From positions 1 to 57,966 of the forward strand of contig CAYUTF010000014.1 in assembly GCA_964447495.1 (NCBI GenBank): a stretch of DNA of 57,966 nt. Reading direction: 5' to 3'. The stretch's first letter is position 1. Each line of letters opens with the position of its first letter. The stretch comes from an uncultured archaeon (lineage in GTDB: Archaea; Asgardarchaeota; Lokiarchaeia; Sigyniarchaeales; SOKP01). Below the pieces are notes generated by a model. It did no database searches. It saw nothing but the letters and a program-made list of their open reading frames with translations, and was not told where the DNA came from. Shown one piece after another: positions 31,537 to 41,781 of this stretch. Made by a program: the position numbers and the translations under genes.

Positions 31537-33063
31537 TTAATCATATTTGCACAATTTTACTAACTTCCCTTTCTCTGATAAGTTCAATACGATGACTTTC
31601 GGTCTACTCATCGCCTCAATCGAATACTTTATTCCTTGTGTTCCTAAGCCTGATGATTTGGTGCCTAAAAAGGGAAAATGATCTGGACCTCTCTCACTTT
31701 TTCCGTTTATTTGAACCGTACCCACTTCTAACTCCTGTGCAATGTTAAAAGCTAAATCGATGTTTTCTGTGAAAATCATGCCTTGAAGGCCGTATTCTGA
31801 TTTATTAGATATTTCTATTGCTTCTTCAGCACTGCTAACTCGTATAAAAGGTAATATCGGACCAAAAGGTTCTTCCCAGGCAATTCTCATATCAATTGTC
31901 ACATTATCTAACAATGTTGGCCACATGATGTTGCCTTCCCTCTTATTTCCGCATAGTAAAGTGGCACCTTTATCTAAAGCATCGTCTATTAGTCCTTGAA
32001 CGAAATCACATTGTTTTGAACTTATGAGGGGTCCGATAGTAGCATTCTTTTCGGGATCTCCAATAGATAAATTCAGTGTTTTCTTTTTTACTAATTCTAT
32101 TAATTTATCAGCAATTCCGGGCATTGGAAGAACTCGTTTTACCGCAGTACATCTTTGCCCACTGTATGAAAATCCACCCGAAACAATTGCGTTTGCAGTT
32201 AATTCTAAATTTGCATCGTTTAGTACGATAGCCGCATCCTTTCCACCTAATTCTAACAATAAGGGTTTCATTCCAACAGCACTTGCAAGATGCTTACCCG
32301 TTTCAGAAGATCCGGTGAAACTCACCATACTAACCAAAGGGTGTTGTACTAAGTAGTCACCGATTTCAGATCCCTTTCCAGTGATTATATTAAAAACGCC
32401 TGGAGGAACTCCCGCTTTTTCTAAAATTAATCCAAAGAATAAGGGACTGATTGCTCCTTGGGAAGGTGGCTTGACTACAACAGTATTTCCTGCCATTAAA
32501 GCAGGAGCGATTTTAGATCCCGTAAGATTAAACGGATAGTTAAAGGGACCAATGCATAGAATCACTCCTAAAGGAACTCTATACGTCATTGACATTTTTT
32601 CTTTACTAAAACCTTTAAACGCATCTCCGTAGATTGCTTCCCCTTCTTGTTGTAATCCCGCTTCGGCTGTGGCTTCAAATAGTTCGCCAGTTCGGATTAT
32701 TTCTGATACCGCACTTTTTAGGGGTTTAGCTATCTCTTTCATCATAATATATCCTAAGGGATTAGCCCATTCATTCATTAATTTAGCAGCTTTCATTAAT
32801 ATATCCGCTCGTTCTCTCTGAGTCTTTTCTCCCCAACATTCCAAATTTTCTTTTGCAACAGTTATGACCTGATTAGCTTCTTCAATGGAACAAGCTTGCA
32901 CAGTTCCAACTATCTCATCATTATAAGGACTTTTAATCGGTATAGTTTTTCCCGAAGCTGACTTTTTCCACGTGCCAGATACATAATATTTAAACTCTAA
33001 ATCATCTCTCATTATGAAAGAATTAGGAATTTTTTCGATTTCTTCTATCATGATTTGCTTCAT
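31537..33063 (-). CDS. gapN: NADP-dependent non-phosphorylating glyceraldehyde-3-phosphate dehydrogenase
   Basis: PFNYPFNL, KPPSQG, LELGGKDAA, FSYSGQRCTAVKR, RIAWEEPFGP, RGPDHFPFLG. Confidence 0.9.
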   Translation of the reverse strand: MKQIMIEEIEKIPNSFIMRDDLEFKYYVSGTWKKSASGKTIPIKSPYNDEIVGTVQACSIEEANQVITVAKENLECWGEKTQRERADILMKAAKLMNEWANPLGYIMMKEIAKPLKSAVSEIIRTGELFEATAEAGLQQEGEAIYGDAFKGFSKEKMSMTYRVPLGVILCIGPFNYPFNLTGSKIAPALMAGNTVVVKPPSQGAISPLFFGLILEKAGVPPGVFNIITGKGSEIGDYLVQHPLVSMVSFTGSSETGKHLASAVGMKPLLLELGGKDAAIVLNDANLELTANAIVSGGFSYSGQRCTAVKRVLPMPGIADKLIELVKKKTLNLSIGDPEKNATIGPLISSKQCDFVQGLIDDALDKGATLLCGNKREGNIMWPTLLDNVTIDMRIAWEEPFGPILPFIRVSSAEEAIEISNKSEYGLQGMIFTENIDLAFNIAQELEVGTVQINGKSERGPDHFPFLGTKSSGLGTQGIKYSIEAMSRPKVIVLNLSEKGKLVKLCKYD

Positions 33064-33355
33064 CCTAAAGATTCTTTTTATTAAAAAATCTCCTTAGAAT
33101 TTTTAGACCATTATCATTATTAAATTTAATATTAATAATTCAAATGCCTTCCTTCTTTTAGCTAAAATCCTCTGGGAAGGATTAGTTTAATTTCAAGTAT
33201 TAACAAGGAGCAGTGAAAAGTGTAAAAATCCTACAGTTAATTAGGTATAAAAGGAATAGAATAGCATAAATTATCAAATAAGTAAATTCTGATTCTTTAT
33301 AGATATATTATCAATAAGAATTCATAAATGAAATGGAGATTATTGATGTAGATAT

Positions 33356-33766
33356 TTAAGATGTATATATTTCAGGGCGGTCTGTATATAGTTCGATTAA
33401 ATTACCATCAGGATCTCTAAGATGTGATGTTCTGAGCCCCCAAGCAGGACGATCGGTAGGTTTAGTTAGAAATATTAACCCTTTTCTTTTAAGTTGGGAA
33501 TAAATTTCATCAATGTCTTTCGCCTCGAAAATTAATGCCACCTTATCTTGGCAATCAGCGTCTATAGGTTTCTCTCTTGTTCCTATCACGTCAGAAATGC
33601 GTTGACGGTCAAATAAGGCAAGTAAATGATTGCCCGTATCAAATTCGGCATATGGACCATTTTCATTACCTCCAACATGAGATAGCTTTAAAACATCGCG
33701 ATAAAATTTAAAGCACGCCTTAAAATCCTTCACAAGCAAGCGAGTATGAGTAAGTTTAAATACCAT
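33356..33766 (-). CDS. VOC/glyoxalase family protein
   Basis: HTRLLVKD...FYRDVL; WGLR...RDPDGNLIEL. Confidence 0.93.
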   Translation of the reverse strand: MVFKLTHTRLLVKDFKACFKFYRDVLKLSHVGGNENGPYAEFDTGNHLLALFDRQRISDVIGTREKPIDADCQDKVALIFEAKDIDEIYSQLKRKGLIFLTKPTDRPAWGLRTSHLRDPDGNLIELYTDRPEIYTS

Positions 33767-33896
33767 GGGAGTATTCCCTCATAATTTAAATTTAGTTTTA
33801 AGTAATGTACTAATTAAGTATAAATTAAGGAAATTATTAAAATCTAAGTGAGTCTGAAAATATTTCAATAACTTAAGAGCTATTTCAATTACTATT

Positions 33897-34358
33897 ATGG
33901 CGAAATTTAAAATAAGTGCAATTATTACCCAACCACTCGAGATTGTCTGGAAATCGTATATAGATCCTCAGAATATGATGCAATGGATGCAATATTTAGA
34001 AAAAGTGGAAGTGGTTAAGGGCAAATTTGGAGAGGTGGGGGCGACTTCTCACTTGCATTATTTAGAAAAAGGCCGTCCCTACATTTTAGAAGATAATTTG
34101 CTCTCTTATGAAGAAGGCAAGAGAATAAAATCCCAAGTGTCTGGACAGGGGATGATTATTGAAGTTGAAACCACTTTTGACGTTCTTTCGGATGGCACTC
34201 AAATTTCAATGGTGTGGAATGGTACCAGTAAATCAATTTTTGCGAGGGTTATTCTTAAACTAATGCGGGGTAAAATTGCTAAACAAGCTCAGGCAGAATT
34301 AGATACATTTAAAGGTCTGGTTGAGACTTATGGAGTTAATTTCCCTGTAAAAGATTAG
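33897..34358 (+). CDS. SRPBCC/START family protein
   Basis: I.QPLE.VW...DP.NM.QW N-terminus and C-terminal helix ELDTFKGLVE. Confidence 0.85.
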   Translation: MAKFKISAIITQPLEIVWKSYIDPQNMMQWMQYLEKVEVVKGKFGEVGATSHLHYLEKGRPYILEDNLLSYEEGKRIKSQVSGQGMIIEVETTFDVLSDGTQISMVWNGTSKSIFARVILKLMRGKIAKQAQAELDTFKGLVETYGVNFPVKD

Positions 34359-34719
34359 ATTATTGATGAATTAGAAAAAAGCATCTGGTGTGTTGAATTT
34401 CCAATATAAGATGATATAATCATCAATAATATTATTTTAAAATATCAGAGAAAATAGCGATTATTGGAACGATAACTGATAATATCATTATGCAAATAAT
34501 GATAATAGTAATTAATCTCTTTCTTCTTAATTCATTGCGACGTTTATTTTTCATCTTGAATGGAACTCATTTTAAAATATTTAAAAAATTAAACTTAAGA
34601 ATAAATAAGAACTCATTATTAATTTAAAATTTGTATTGAATCCCATCAAATTAGTTAAAAAAATTATCATTAAATGCAATAGAAATTATGATACTTCACA
34701 AAAATGAAAAATAGTATTA

Positions 34720-34878
34720 ATGATTAGTTGGTCCTTCTGGGTACCATTGACTTTAGCTAAAATTACAACGACCTACATTTATATAAATTCAAAAAATTGG
34801 TGGGTAATATTAGTGCTTTTTTCTGCTATGATGATATTAAGAATCTTAGTATGGCGAAAAACGCACACAACAATTTAG
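34720..34878 (+). CDS. Possible small membrane protein (52 aa)
   Basis: Manual translation MISWSFWVPLTLAKITTTYIYINSKNWWVILVLFSAMMILRILVWRKTHTTI; below the ORF-track cutoff. Confidence 0.25.
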   Translation: MISWSFWVPLTLAKITTTYIYINSKNWWVILVLFSAMMILRILVWRKTHTTI

Positions 34879-35325
34879 TGTAAATCTTTATTCTAAGAAG
34901 CGGAATAACTCATTTCAAATAAGGAATTCATCTAATTGTTCCTCTTTGAGTTTTTCTGGTGAGTCTAATTATGTTCAAGAATCTCAACAAAAATATAAAA
35001 TTAGTTGTTTTCTAAAAGTAATCGTGTGAAATCTTTAATTTTTAAATTAAAGTATTTATAACATTAAATTATTATACTAAAAGTTAAATAAAATCGCTCA
35101 TATATTTATATTAGTAGTAGAAAATATTTGAATCTCTTATAACTAAAATTTTAATTAGGATTTTAGCGTAAAATACAACGATATAAAAGAGATTTTCCTT
35201 ATAATACTTTTTCTTACTTTAGAAAAAAAGTTGATTTTAAATGAAAACACTGATAAAAAAGTATCAACATCAGAGAAGAAATTCATACTCGTAATTTAAA
35301 CAGCTTATTTAAGGGATTTATACAA

Positions 35326-35589
35326 TTGGAAAAATATTATTGTACAAAATGTAGGAAATACCATCATCGAGGGAAAATTTATACAAATCACTTGAACTTC
35401 AAAAGAAAGGAAGTTAAGGTGGATGACAGTCAATTAATTGACCCTGAAGATGTAAATTTTGAGGATCTTAGTCCAATCGCTAAAAGACAAATCCTCAGTT
35501 TAATAAAAAGGATGAAAAAAAATTATTATCCTGAATTTTATAAAAACCGAATTATGAACGTGATTAAGTATGAGAATAAAAATAATTGA
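35326..35589 (+). CDS. Small putative zinc-finger protein
   Basis: YYCTKCRKYHH...H at the N-terminus; TTG start; overlaps the next gene. Confidence 0.7.
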   Translation: MEKYYCTKCRKYHHRGKIYTNHLNFKRKEVKVDDSQLIDPEDVNFEDLSPIAKRQILSLIKRMKKNYYPEFYKNRIMNVIKYENKNN

Positions 35590-36877
35590 AAGATTAATAC
35601 CTATTAGTGAGATTTATTCAACAGTTCAAAAAGTGTTGAACTCTCATTTTACGATATCTGAGAATTCTATTATTTCTCAAGATTATCTGTTAATTTTAGC
35701 AGTTAGTGAAACCAGTTTTGTTTCCGTCATCCATGCATCGCTGGATAAGAATTTTGAAAGGACATATCTCTCCACCATGCTACTCAAAATTCAATCCTTA
35801 GCCAAAATATTAGACATCCAATACAATTCAAAAGAAGATATCAATGATATTGAAGATAAATTAATTCAAGCATTAAATATAGAGGAAAATGATAAAATTC
35901 TCTATCCGTTTACAGAGTTCTCTAAGTTTCAATTGGTACAAGATCAAGAAAATAGGGACATTTCTACACTCGAGAGTAAGATAATTAGCACACTCCTAAA
36001 ACATCTCTATACTAAAATTGGTTATTCCGATGAAATTATGAAATTTCCTTTTTCCATAACGTACATGGATGGGAAACGGGAAGAATGGGAGGAAAAATAT
36101 CATCCCTATATTAATTCAATCGAAAAAAGAATAAAAGAGAATAGTGAAGATACCACTAAAATATATCGCAATTATGATTTTGCGCTTGATAGTGATATCT
36201 TTCAGAGAATGTTTGATTTATTAATATTAAGTACTTATGAAGCTGAAGCTGAATTAAATGGTGCGGAAGAAGATGAGGGCACTCTTTATAACTATGAAGT
36301 TACTTTTATTTATTGTAATAAAACCTCTCAACCATATACATATATGAATTTACTAAAATTGATGAATGAAATTAACAAATTTGCGGATAAATTTAAAAAA
36401 GACAAAAGTAAGAAATGTAATATTATCCGATCGCAAATAATTTTAATTTCCTTATCTGGGTATGAACTTAAAATTAAGAATTACTTGAGAGATCATCTTT
36501 TCAGGGAATCAGATCATGCAATACCCTTATTAACGGTACCTCCTATTAATAATGAAGTATGGCATAACTTATTTGATTATGATGATTTAATTAATTCCAA
36601 ACAAAAAAAGAGAGAAGAATTAGGGAAGATAATAAACATCAGTAAACAGCAGCAAGTTTCTAACTCATTTCGAGCTACTCGATTGAAGAATGCAACAAGT
36701 GAATATGAAGAAATAATTGAACGAGAAAGAATAGCTAAATTGGATAAAGACTTTTTAAAAAAGTGGTATTGGATATTAAATGTTCCGGAATCATGCGAAA
36801 TTTTAAATCTAAAGAAAGAAAATGGAAAATTGAACAATTCTATGAAACTTATGAAAGAAAACTTAGAAATTTATTAG
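35570..36877 (+). CDS. Hypothetical protein, possible degenerate restriction-endonuclease-like fold
   Basis: 435 aa ORF; FDLLIL...TFIYCNK...IILISLSGY is weakly Mrr-like. Confidence 0.6.
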   Translation: MRIKIIERLIPISEIYSTVQKVLNSHFTISENSIISQDYLLILAVSETSFVSVIHASLDKNFERTYLSTMLLKIQSLAKILDIQYNSKEDINDIEDKLIQALNIEENDKILYPFTEFSKFQLVQDQENRDISTLESKIISTLLKHLYTKIGYSDEIMKFPFSITYMDGKREEWEEKYHPYINSIEKRIKENSEDTTKIYRNYDFALDSDIFQRMFDLLILSTYEAEAELNGAEEDEGTLYNYEVTFIYCNKTSQPYTYMNLLKLMNEINKFADKFKKDKSKKCNIIRSQIILISLSGYELKIKNYLRDHLFRESDHAIPLLTVPPINNEVWHNLFDYDDLINSKQKKREELGKIINISKQQQVSNSFRATRLKNATSEYEEIIERERIAKLDKDFLKKWYWILNVPESCEILNLKKENGKLNNSMKLMKENLEIY

Positions 36878-37219
36878 ATATTGTGAAATTAATTTATAGA
36901 AAAAGTGGGTTTTTATCTAAATACTGTATAAAGGGTTGCAATTGCATTTATCTTGTACTTTTATAACCACTTTTCCTTTTAAATGGCTATTCTCATAATA
37001 TTTATAAGCTTCTGCTAGTTGGTTTAGAGGAAAAACCTTATCAATAATCGATATAATTTTTCTGGTATATATTTTCTAATTGCTTTTAATCAAATATTAT
37101 ATTAAATTCTAGATTAGTTTCAGAACAATATCACAAATAAATAACGCTACTAATAACAGAAACTTATTTTCAGAAATAAAAAAAAAAAGAATATTAAATT
37201 TATATTATTAGAAATAACC

Positions 37220-37546
37220 TTAAGTATGCTTTATTCCCATCATTTGATAGCTTTCCGAAAGAGTAGCCCATACTTCTACAGATGATTCAAAACCCTCAAT
37301 TTCTGAAAAATAGGCCATTTGTTTTGCAATTACCATTAATGCCTCTTCAAGTTTTCCTTCTTTTACACGAGTGACGGTTAAAAGTTTTACTCCATCTTCA
37401 GAAAATTTAGCCGCTGATGATACAAGTATTTCTTGGGTAAGATCTTCATCAGGGAGCAATTTTTTCGTCCTAGCTTCAGCACTTTTTTTTATAACTGTAC
37501 TCGCAAGATGACTGGGGTATTTCATATTCAAAACGATATGTGGCAT
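37220..37546 (-). CDS. Hypothetical protein (108 aa)
   Basis: ATG preceded by GAGG; alternating beta/alpha pattern; function unknown. Confidence 0.75.
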   Translation of the reverse strand: MPHIVLNMKYPSHLASTVIKKSAEARTKKLLPDEDLTQEILVSSAAKFSEDGVKLLTVTRVKEGKLEEALMVIAKQMAYFSEIEGFESSVEVWATLSESYQMMGIKHT

Positions 37547-37642
37547 TATTTTTTCCTCTTATTTTTATGACTTATGATATGATCAAATTATTATGGATTG
37601 ATTCCAAAAATAGATTATTTCTAATCATTAAAAAAGATTATA

Positions 37643-37671
37643 TTCTTGACAAATAAGGTATTTGTCAAGAA
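37643..37671. promoter_or_regulatory. Perfect 13-bp inverted repeat (operator or hairpin)
   Basis: TTCTTGACAAATA-agg-TATTTGTCAAGAA, between the GRE stop and the 108-aa gene start. Confidence 0.6.
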
Positions 37672-37703
37672 ATGGTAAAGTTAAGAAATTTACTTGGTAA
37701 AAC

Positions 37704-40286
37704 CTATACTACACTATGTTCTGTCCTAGAAATAATTTCATCTTGAATCTCTTTCCCTAAATCAGTAAAATATGCTGAATAGCCTCCGACTTTAACTACT
37801 ATATTCCTGTACGGTTCTGGGTTTTGTTGAGCTGCTTTTAGAACTTCTGTAGATACAACAGTAGGTTGAAGTTGTTGACCTCCTAAACTAAAGTAGGTTT
37901 TTATAAGAGAAATCCATTTATTTCTGGTTTCTTGTGTTTTTCCAATGCCAGAGGGATGCATTCGTATGTTAACTGCACAACCACAAACATGTTGAAAATC
38001 AAGCGCTGCTACAGATCGTATGACGCCGGTCGGCCCATTTTTCTCGACATTATAAGGATTGCAGCTGGCGGCAAATGGCTTTCCTGCAAGCCTACCATCG
38101 GGCGTTGCGATACCAATTCGCCCATCATAGGTATGCGATGTCATTGATATAATAAACGGAGCATAAACTCCACCCTTGTAGGTTTTATATTTATAGGTTT
38201 CTTCAAATATATGGGTAGTAACTTCTCGAGCAAGTTCATCACATTCAGGGTTTCCATTTCCCCATTTTCCATCGAGATCCAGAATCATCTGATGGATTGT
38301 GTGATATTTGTCAGTGTAATTCTCATCAATTGCGGCGATTAACTCCTTAAAATTGAATTTTCCTTCCTCAAAGATGAGTTTTTTAATTACATATAACGAA
38401 TCTACTGTATTTGCAATACTGTTCATTATGAGAATACCTTCCGCATCGTAAAACGCTCCTCCGTGAGTTACATCTTTTTTTCTTTTAATACAACCCCCCA
38501 TGAATGCCGATATAAAAGGAGCAGGAAAATACTCGGCAAATAGCCTATCACGTATATTAGTGGCTTCTACTATTTTCTGAATAACAAAATCTACTTGTTG
38601 GTAATAGGCATCGAGAAATTCTTCAAATGTAGCAAACTTATTCGGGTTTCCTGTTTTCAATCCCACATCATTAACTAAACCCCCGATTGTCATGCAGTTT
38701 CCATTTCGAAGTGTCATATCGAGAGTTCGACAGAGTAAAAGAGCTGAAAAACTTATTCCACCTGTCTTCCCCGGACTACACATATCAACACATCCGGTAA
38801 TGGAATACGCATTTGCATCTTTTTCTTTAATTCCTCGTTTCTTTAAGGCTTCAATACACACATTATCATTTAATATCGAAATACTAGAATATCCGTTGTA
38901 CTGTATTTCTGCTACCTTTAAATATAAATCTTCAGGAGTGCGATCATGATAACGAACCGCAAAATTAAGGGATGCTTTTGATCGGTCTGCTGCTTCTAAT
39001 ATTATGTACGTGAGATCATTTGTGGCATCTTCTCCCTCTTCAGTTAAGCCTCCTAGCGTCACCGGTTCTGAACCTTCAAATCGTTGGCTAAAATCACTTA
39101 CAGCGTTAGAATAAGGACGAATATTATGGCTCATTATGTTTAAAACCAATTCTTCGAATAATTCTCGTGCCTCTTCTCTAGTGATAAGCCCTTTTTTAAG
39201 ATCTGATCGATAAAAAGGGTAAAATATCTGATCTAAACGACCTGGACCATGCACATTAAAGGGTACTGCTAAATCAACAACTGTTTTCACAATCCAAAAA
39301 GTCTGTATTGCCTCACGAAGCGTAGTAGGAGGAGAAATTGGGATTGTTTTACATGCCTCATATATTTCTGATAATACTTTCTTCCTCTCAGCGTTGCTAG
39401 TCTTATAAAGTTCTTTTTTCACTTTATCTGCTAATCTTTGCGAAAATATCAACACCGCTTCAAATGTAATTTCAACAGATCGTAAGAACTCTTTCTGATC
39501 ATCAGTTAGATCGTTATTTTTTTCAATTTCCTCTTGAACCTCCTTGAGCATATTCAAGAAACCTTTTCTTAAAATGGTGACATAATCAAGAACTAAATGC
39601 CCTTGCCAGGTACCTATCACCGCACAAGGGGATATTACTATATCATTTTGAGCTGTTTTTAAAGGTAAATGCGATAAAAATGCATATGATTCTCCCGTAT
39701 ATACAGTAGAGTTGGCATATTCTTTTTCAAGCATATCTGCGAGAGTTTTAGTTTTCCAATAAGGTATGAGTTCCTCCAATAAAATTATTTTATTTTCTTC
39801 TCCAATTTGATATGGATTAATTTTTCGTTTATCAAGTGTATCCGTTCCAAGTGTCGTAATTGGCGCCCCTATTTTTTTGGTTTTTTCCAATAATTCGCGA
39901 ACACCATCGGGTCCGATTTTATTAATCATATATGATAAGTAGTTGTTATTACTTTTTTTCATATATTTTTTCATTGTTTTTTCATCAAGTTCCACTTCAA
40001 AAACATTGTTCCATATTCCGCGCTCTATGTCAATAGGTATTCCGATAAAATTTTCTGTCCATTTTCCTGCGATTCGATCATTAGGATCTATATAGATTGT
40101 CATATTCTCAAGCACATGTTTCATTGAAAGTGCAACCCTTACTCCAAGCGATAACCCTCTATCTTCAGTCTCCTTCCATTTCTCTGTGTAGAGCTCTGCT
40201 CGCTCTATAGAGATTATAGGAGTATCATCAAGGAGTCTTTTTCTTATTCTTTTTATTCTTTCACTCGCATTATCAATTAATTGCAT
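37704..40286 (-). CDS. Glycyl radical enzyme (PFL2/GRE superfamily)
   Basis: GRLDQ, VTLGG, Cys loop ITGCVD, ATPDGR, Gly loop VKVGGYSAYF; ATG 40286 preferred. Confidence 0.93.
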   Translation of the reverse strand: MQLIDNASERIKRIRKRLLDDTPIISIERAELYTEKWKETEDRGLSLGVRVALSMKHVLENMTIYIDPNDRIAGKWTENFIGIPIDIERGIWNNVFEVELDEKTMKKYMKKSNNNYLSYMINKIGPDGVRELLEKTKKIGAPITTLGTDTLDKRKINPYQIGEENKIILLEELIPYWKTKTLADMLEKEYANSTVYTGESYAFLSHLPLKTAQNDIVISPCAVIGTWQGHLVLDYVTILRKGFLNMLKEVQEEIEKNNDLTDDQKEFLRSVEITFEAVLIFSQRLADKVKKELYKTSNAERKKVLSEIYEACKTIPISPPTTLREAIQTFWIVKTVVDLAVPFNVHGPGRLDQIFYPFYRSDLKKGLITREEARELFEELVLNIMSHNIRPYSNAVSDFSQRFEGSEPVTLGGLTEEGEDATNDLTYIILEAADRSKASLNFAVRYHDRTPEDLYLKVAEIQYNGYSSISILNDNVCIEALKKRGIKEKDANAYSITGCVDMCSPGKTGGISFSALLLCRTLDMTLRNGNCMTIGGLVNDVGLKTGNPNKFATFEEFLDAYYQQVDFVIQKIVEATNIRDRLFAEYFPAPFISAFMGGCIKRKKDVTHGGAFYDAEGILIMNSIANTVDSLYVIKKLIFEEGKFNFKELIAAIDENYTDKYHTIHQMILDLDGKWGNGNPECDELAREVTTHIFEETYKYKTYKGGVYAPFIISMTSHTYDGRIGIATPDGRLAGKPFAASCNPYNVEKNGPTGVIRSVAALDFQHVCGCAVNIRMHPSGIGKTQETRNKWISLIKTYFSLGGQQLQPTVVSTEVLKAAQQNPEPYRNIVVKVGGYSAYFTDLGKEIQDEIISRTEHSVV

Positions 40287-40557
40287 CAATTTTACCACAA
40301 CTTTTGTTAAATTGATAGAGATTAGAAATATAAAAAAATGGTTAAAACATATTATATGTTTTATTAAAATCAATTAAAAACTATAATGTAGGAATATAAA
40401 TAATTTACTATTTTGGAAATAACAAAGCGAATAGTTTTCTAGTAATTAAAAGCCACATGCTTTCAACAAAGAAAATTTACCTAGGCCTTAATTTTTCTTT
40501 TAAAAGCTCTTAGGAATACCTACTTCAATAAAACCAATAAAATTAAAAAATAATTTG

Positions 40558-41091
40558 TTAATTTCTGATATTAAACTGAAAATTCCGCTTTTCATTGATA
40601 AGATTACAGATCCTCTCAGGATTTTTTGTTGAGAATGCAAATGGCCGATCATTTTGAAGAGTCAATTTTACTATTTTCCCAAAATCAGTGTTATACGCCC
40701 ATGAACCGTCAAATCCATATCGAATTCCAACTCCCCCGTATGTTCGAAAATGTGCTTTATCCACTTCACAATTCGTAATTTCTGTTAAATGAATCCTTTT
40801 ATGATTAAAGATACCATAATTTACTTCAAGTTGGTGATTAGTTAAGGTAATTTGAAGTCCTCTATAGTTCCAATAGATAAGAAAAATAATTGCACTAAAA
40901 CCAACTAAGATCAGGCCAATAAACGCTAATTCTTCAGGTATAGCAACAGATATAATAATCCCGAGAGAAATAATTAATATACACACAAATAATATTACTC
41001 TTTTTACAAATTTTCCCGCGGGAACCCATTCTGCATACATTACATCATCATTTTTTTCTCCTTTATCGACACTAATGTTAATACTCACCAA
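40558..41091 (-). CDS. Membrane protein with bacterial PH-like domain
   Basis: Two TMs, then a beta-rich region with YGGVGIR and FSTKNPE. Confidence 0.7.
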   Translation of the reverse strand: MVSINISVDKGEKNDDVMYAEWVPAGKFVKRVILFVCILIISLGIIISVAIPEELAFIGLILVGFSAIIFLIYWNYRGLQITLTNHQLEVNYGIFNHKRIHLTEITNCEVDKAHFRTYGGVGIRYGFDGSWAYNTDFGKIVKLTLQNDRPFAFSTKNPERICNLINEKRNFQFNIRN

Positions 41092-41216
41092 TTTAATTTT
41101 GTGGCTTTCTCCATGCTAAATATAAAAAATCACCGATTTAAATTTTGCTAAATTTCATATCTACTTAAATTTGGAATTTCAAAATAAAAAAAGATAAAAA
41201 AAGTACATAAAATAAA

Positions 41217-41669
41217 TTAATCATTTCTTTTATTTTTTCTTTGCATGACGAGATAATAAATCAAAGTACCCAAAAAAGCCCAAAAAAAGAATGAAACAAT
41301 CCATCCCAAAGTCCTATTGATTGCTAAAGCACCAAACACGAAGGAAAAGCACGCGGCATATTCTAAGATAATATAAGGGACATGTGTGATCGCTTTCGAT
41401 CGAAAATCAAATTTGAAAACCGTGTCAAGTAAGAATTCTGCCATTAAGTAACTTATGATTAAAATACAGTAAATTATTAGCATCAGATCTTTTCCAACTA
41501 TTATAAAATTAATCAAAATTGCGATAATGAAAAACATCAGAGCTATAAGAATCCAACCAAATATTCTAACAGTCTTCATCTTATTATTAGCCATTAAAAT
41601 CAGAGCATTCATCATTGAAACAAAAAATACAAATGCTGAAATAATAAACATCCATTCAAATGCTTCTAT
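41217..41669 (-). CDS. Hypothetical multi-TM membrane protein
   Basis: Hydrophobic ORF; GGTGA seven nt upstream of an in-frame ATA at 41669 (alternative ATG 41651). Confidence 0.7.
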   Translation of the reverse strand: MEAFEWMFIISAFVFFVSMMNALILMANNKMKTVRIFGWILIALMFFIIAILINFIIVGKDLMLIIYCILIISYLMAEFLLDTVFKFDFRSKAITHVPYIILEYAACFSFVFGALAINRTLGWIVSFFFWAFLGTLIYYLVMQRKNKRND

Positions 41670-41781
41670 AAAATTATCACCCTAATTTGAATTTTATAAG
41701 TCTATTTATCTTGCATCTTTTTTAAATATATAAGATAAGCAGGTTTTAATACATTTCATTCAATTTTTCTCGTATAAAAAT

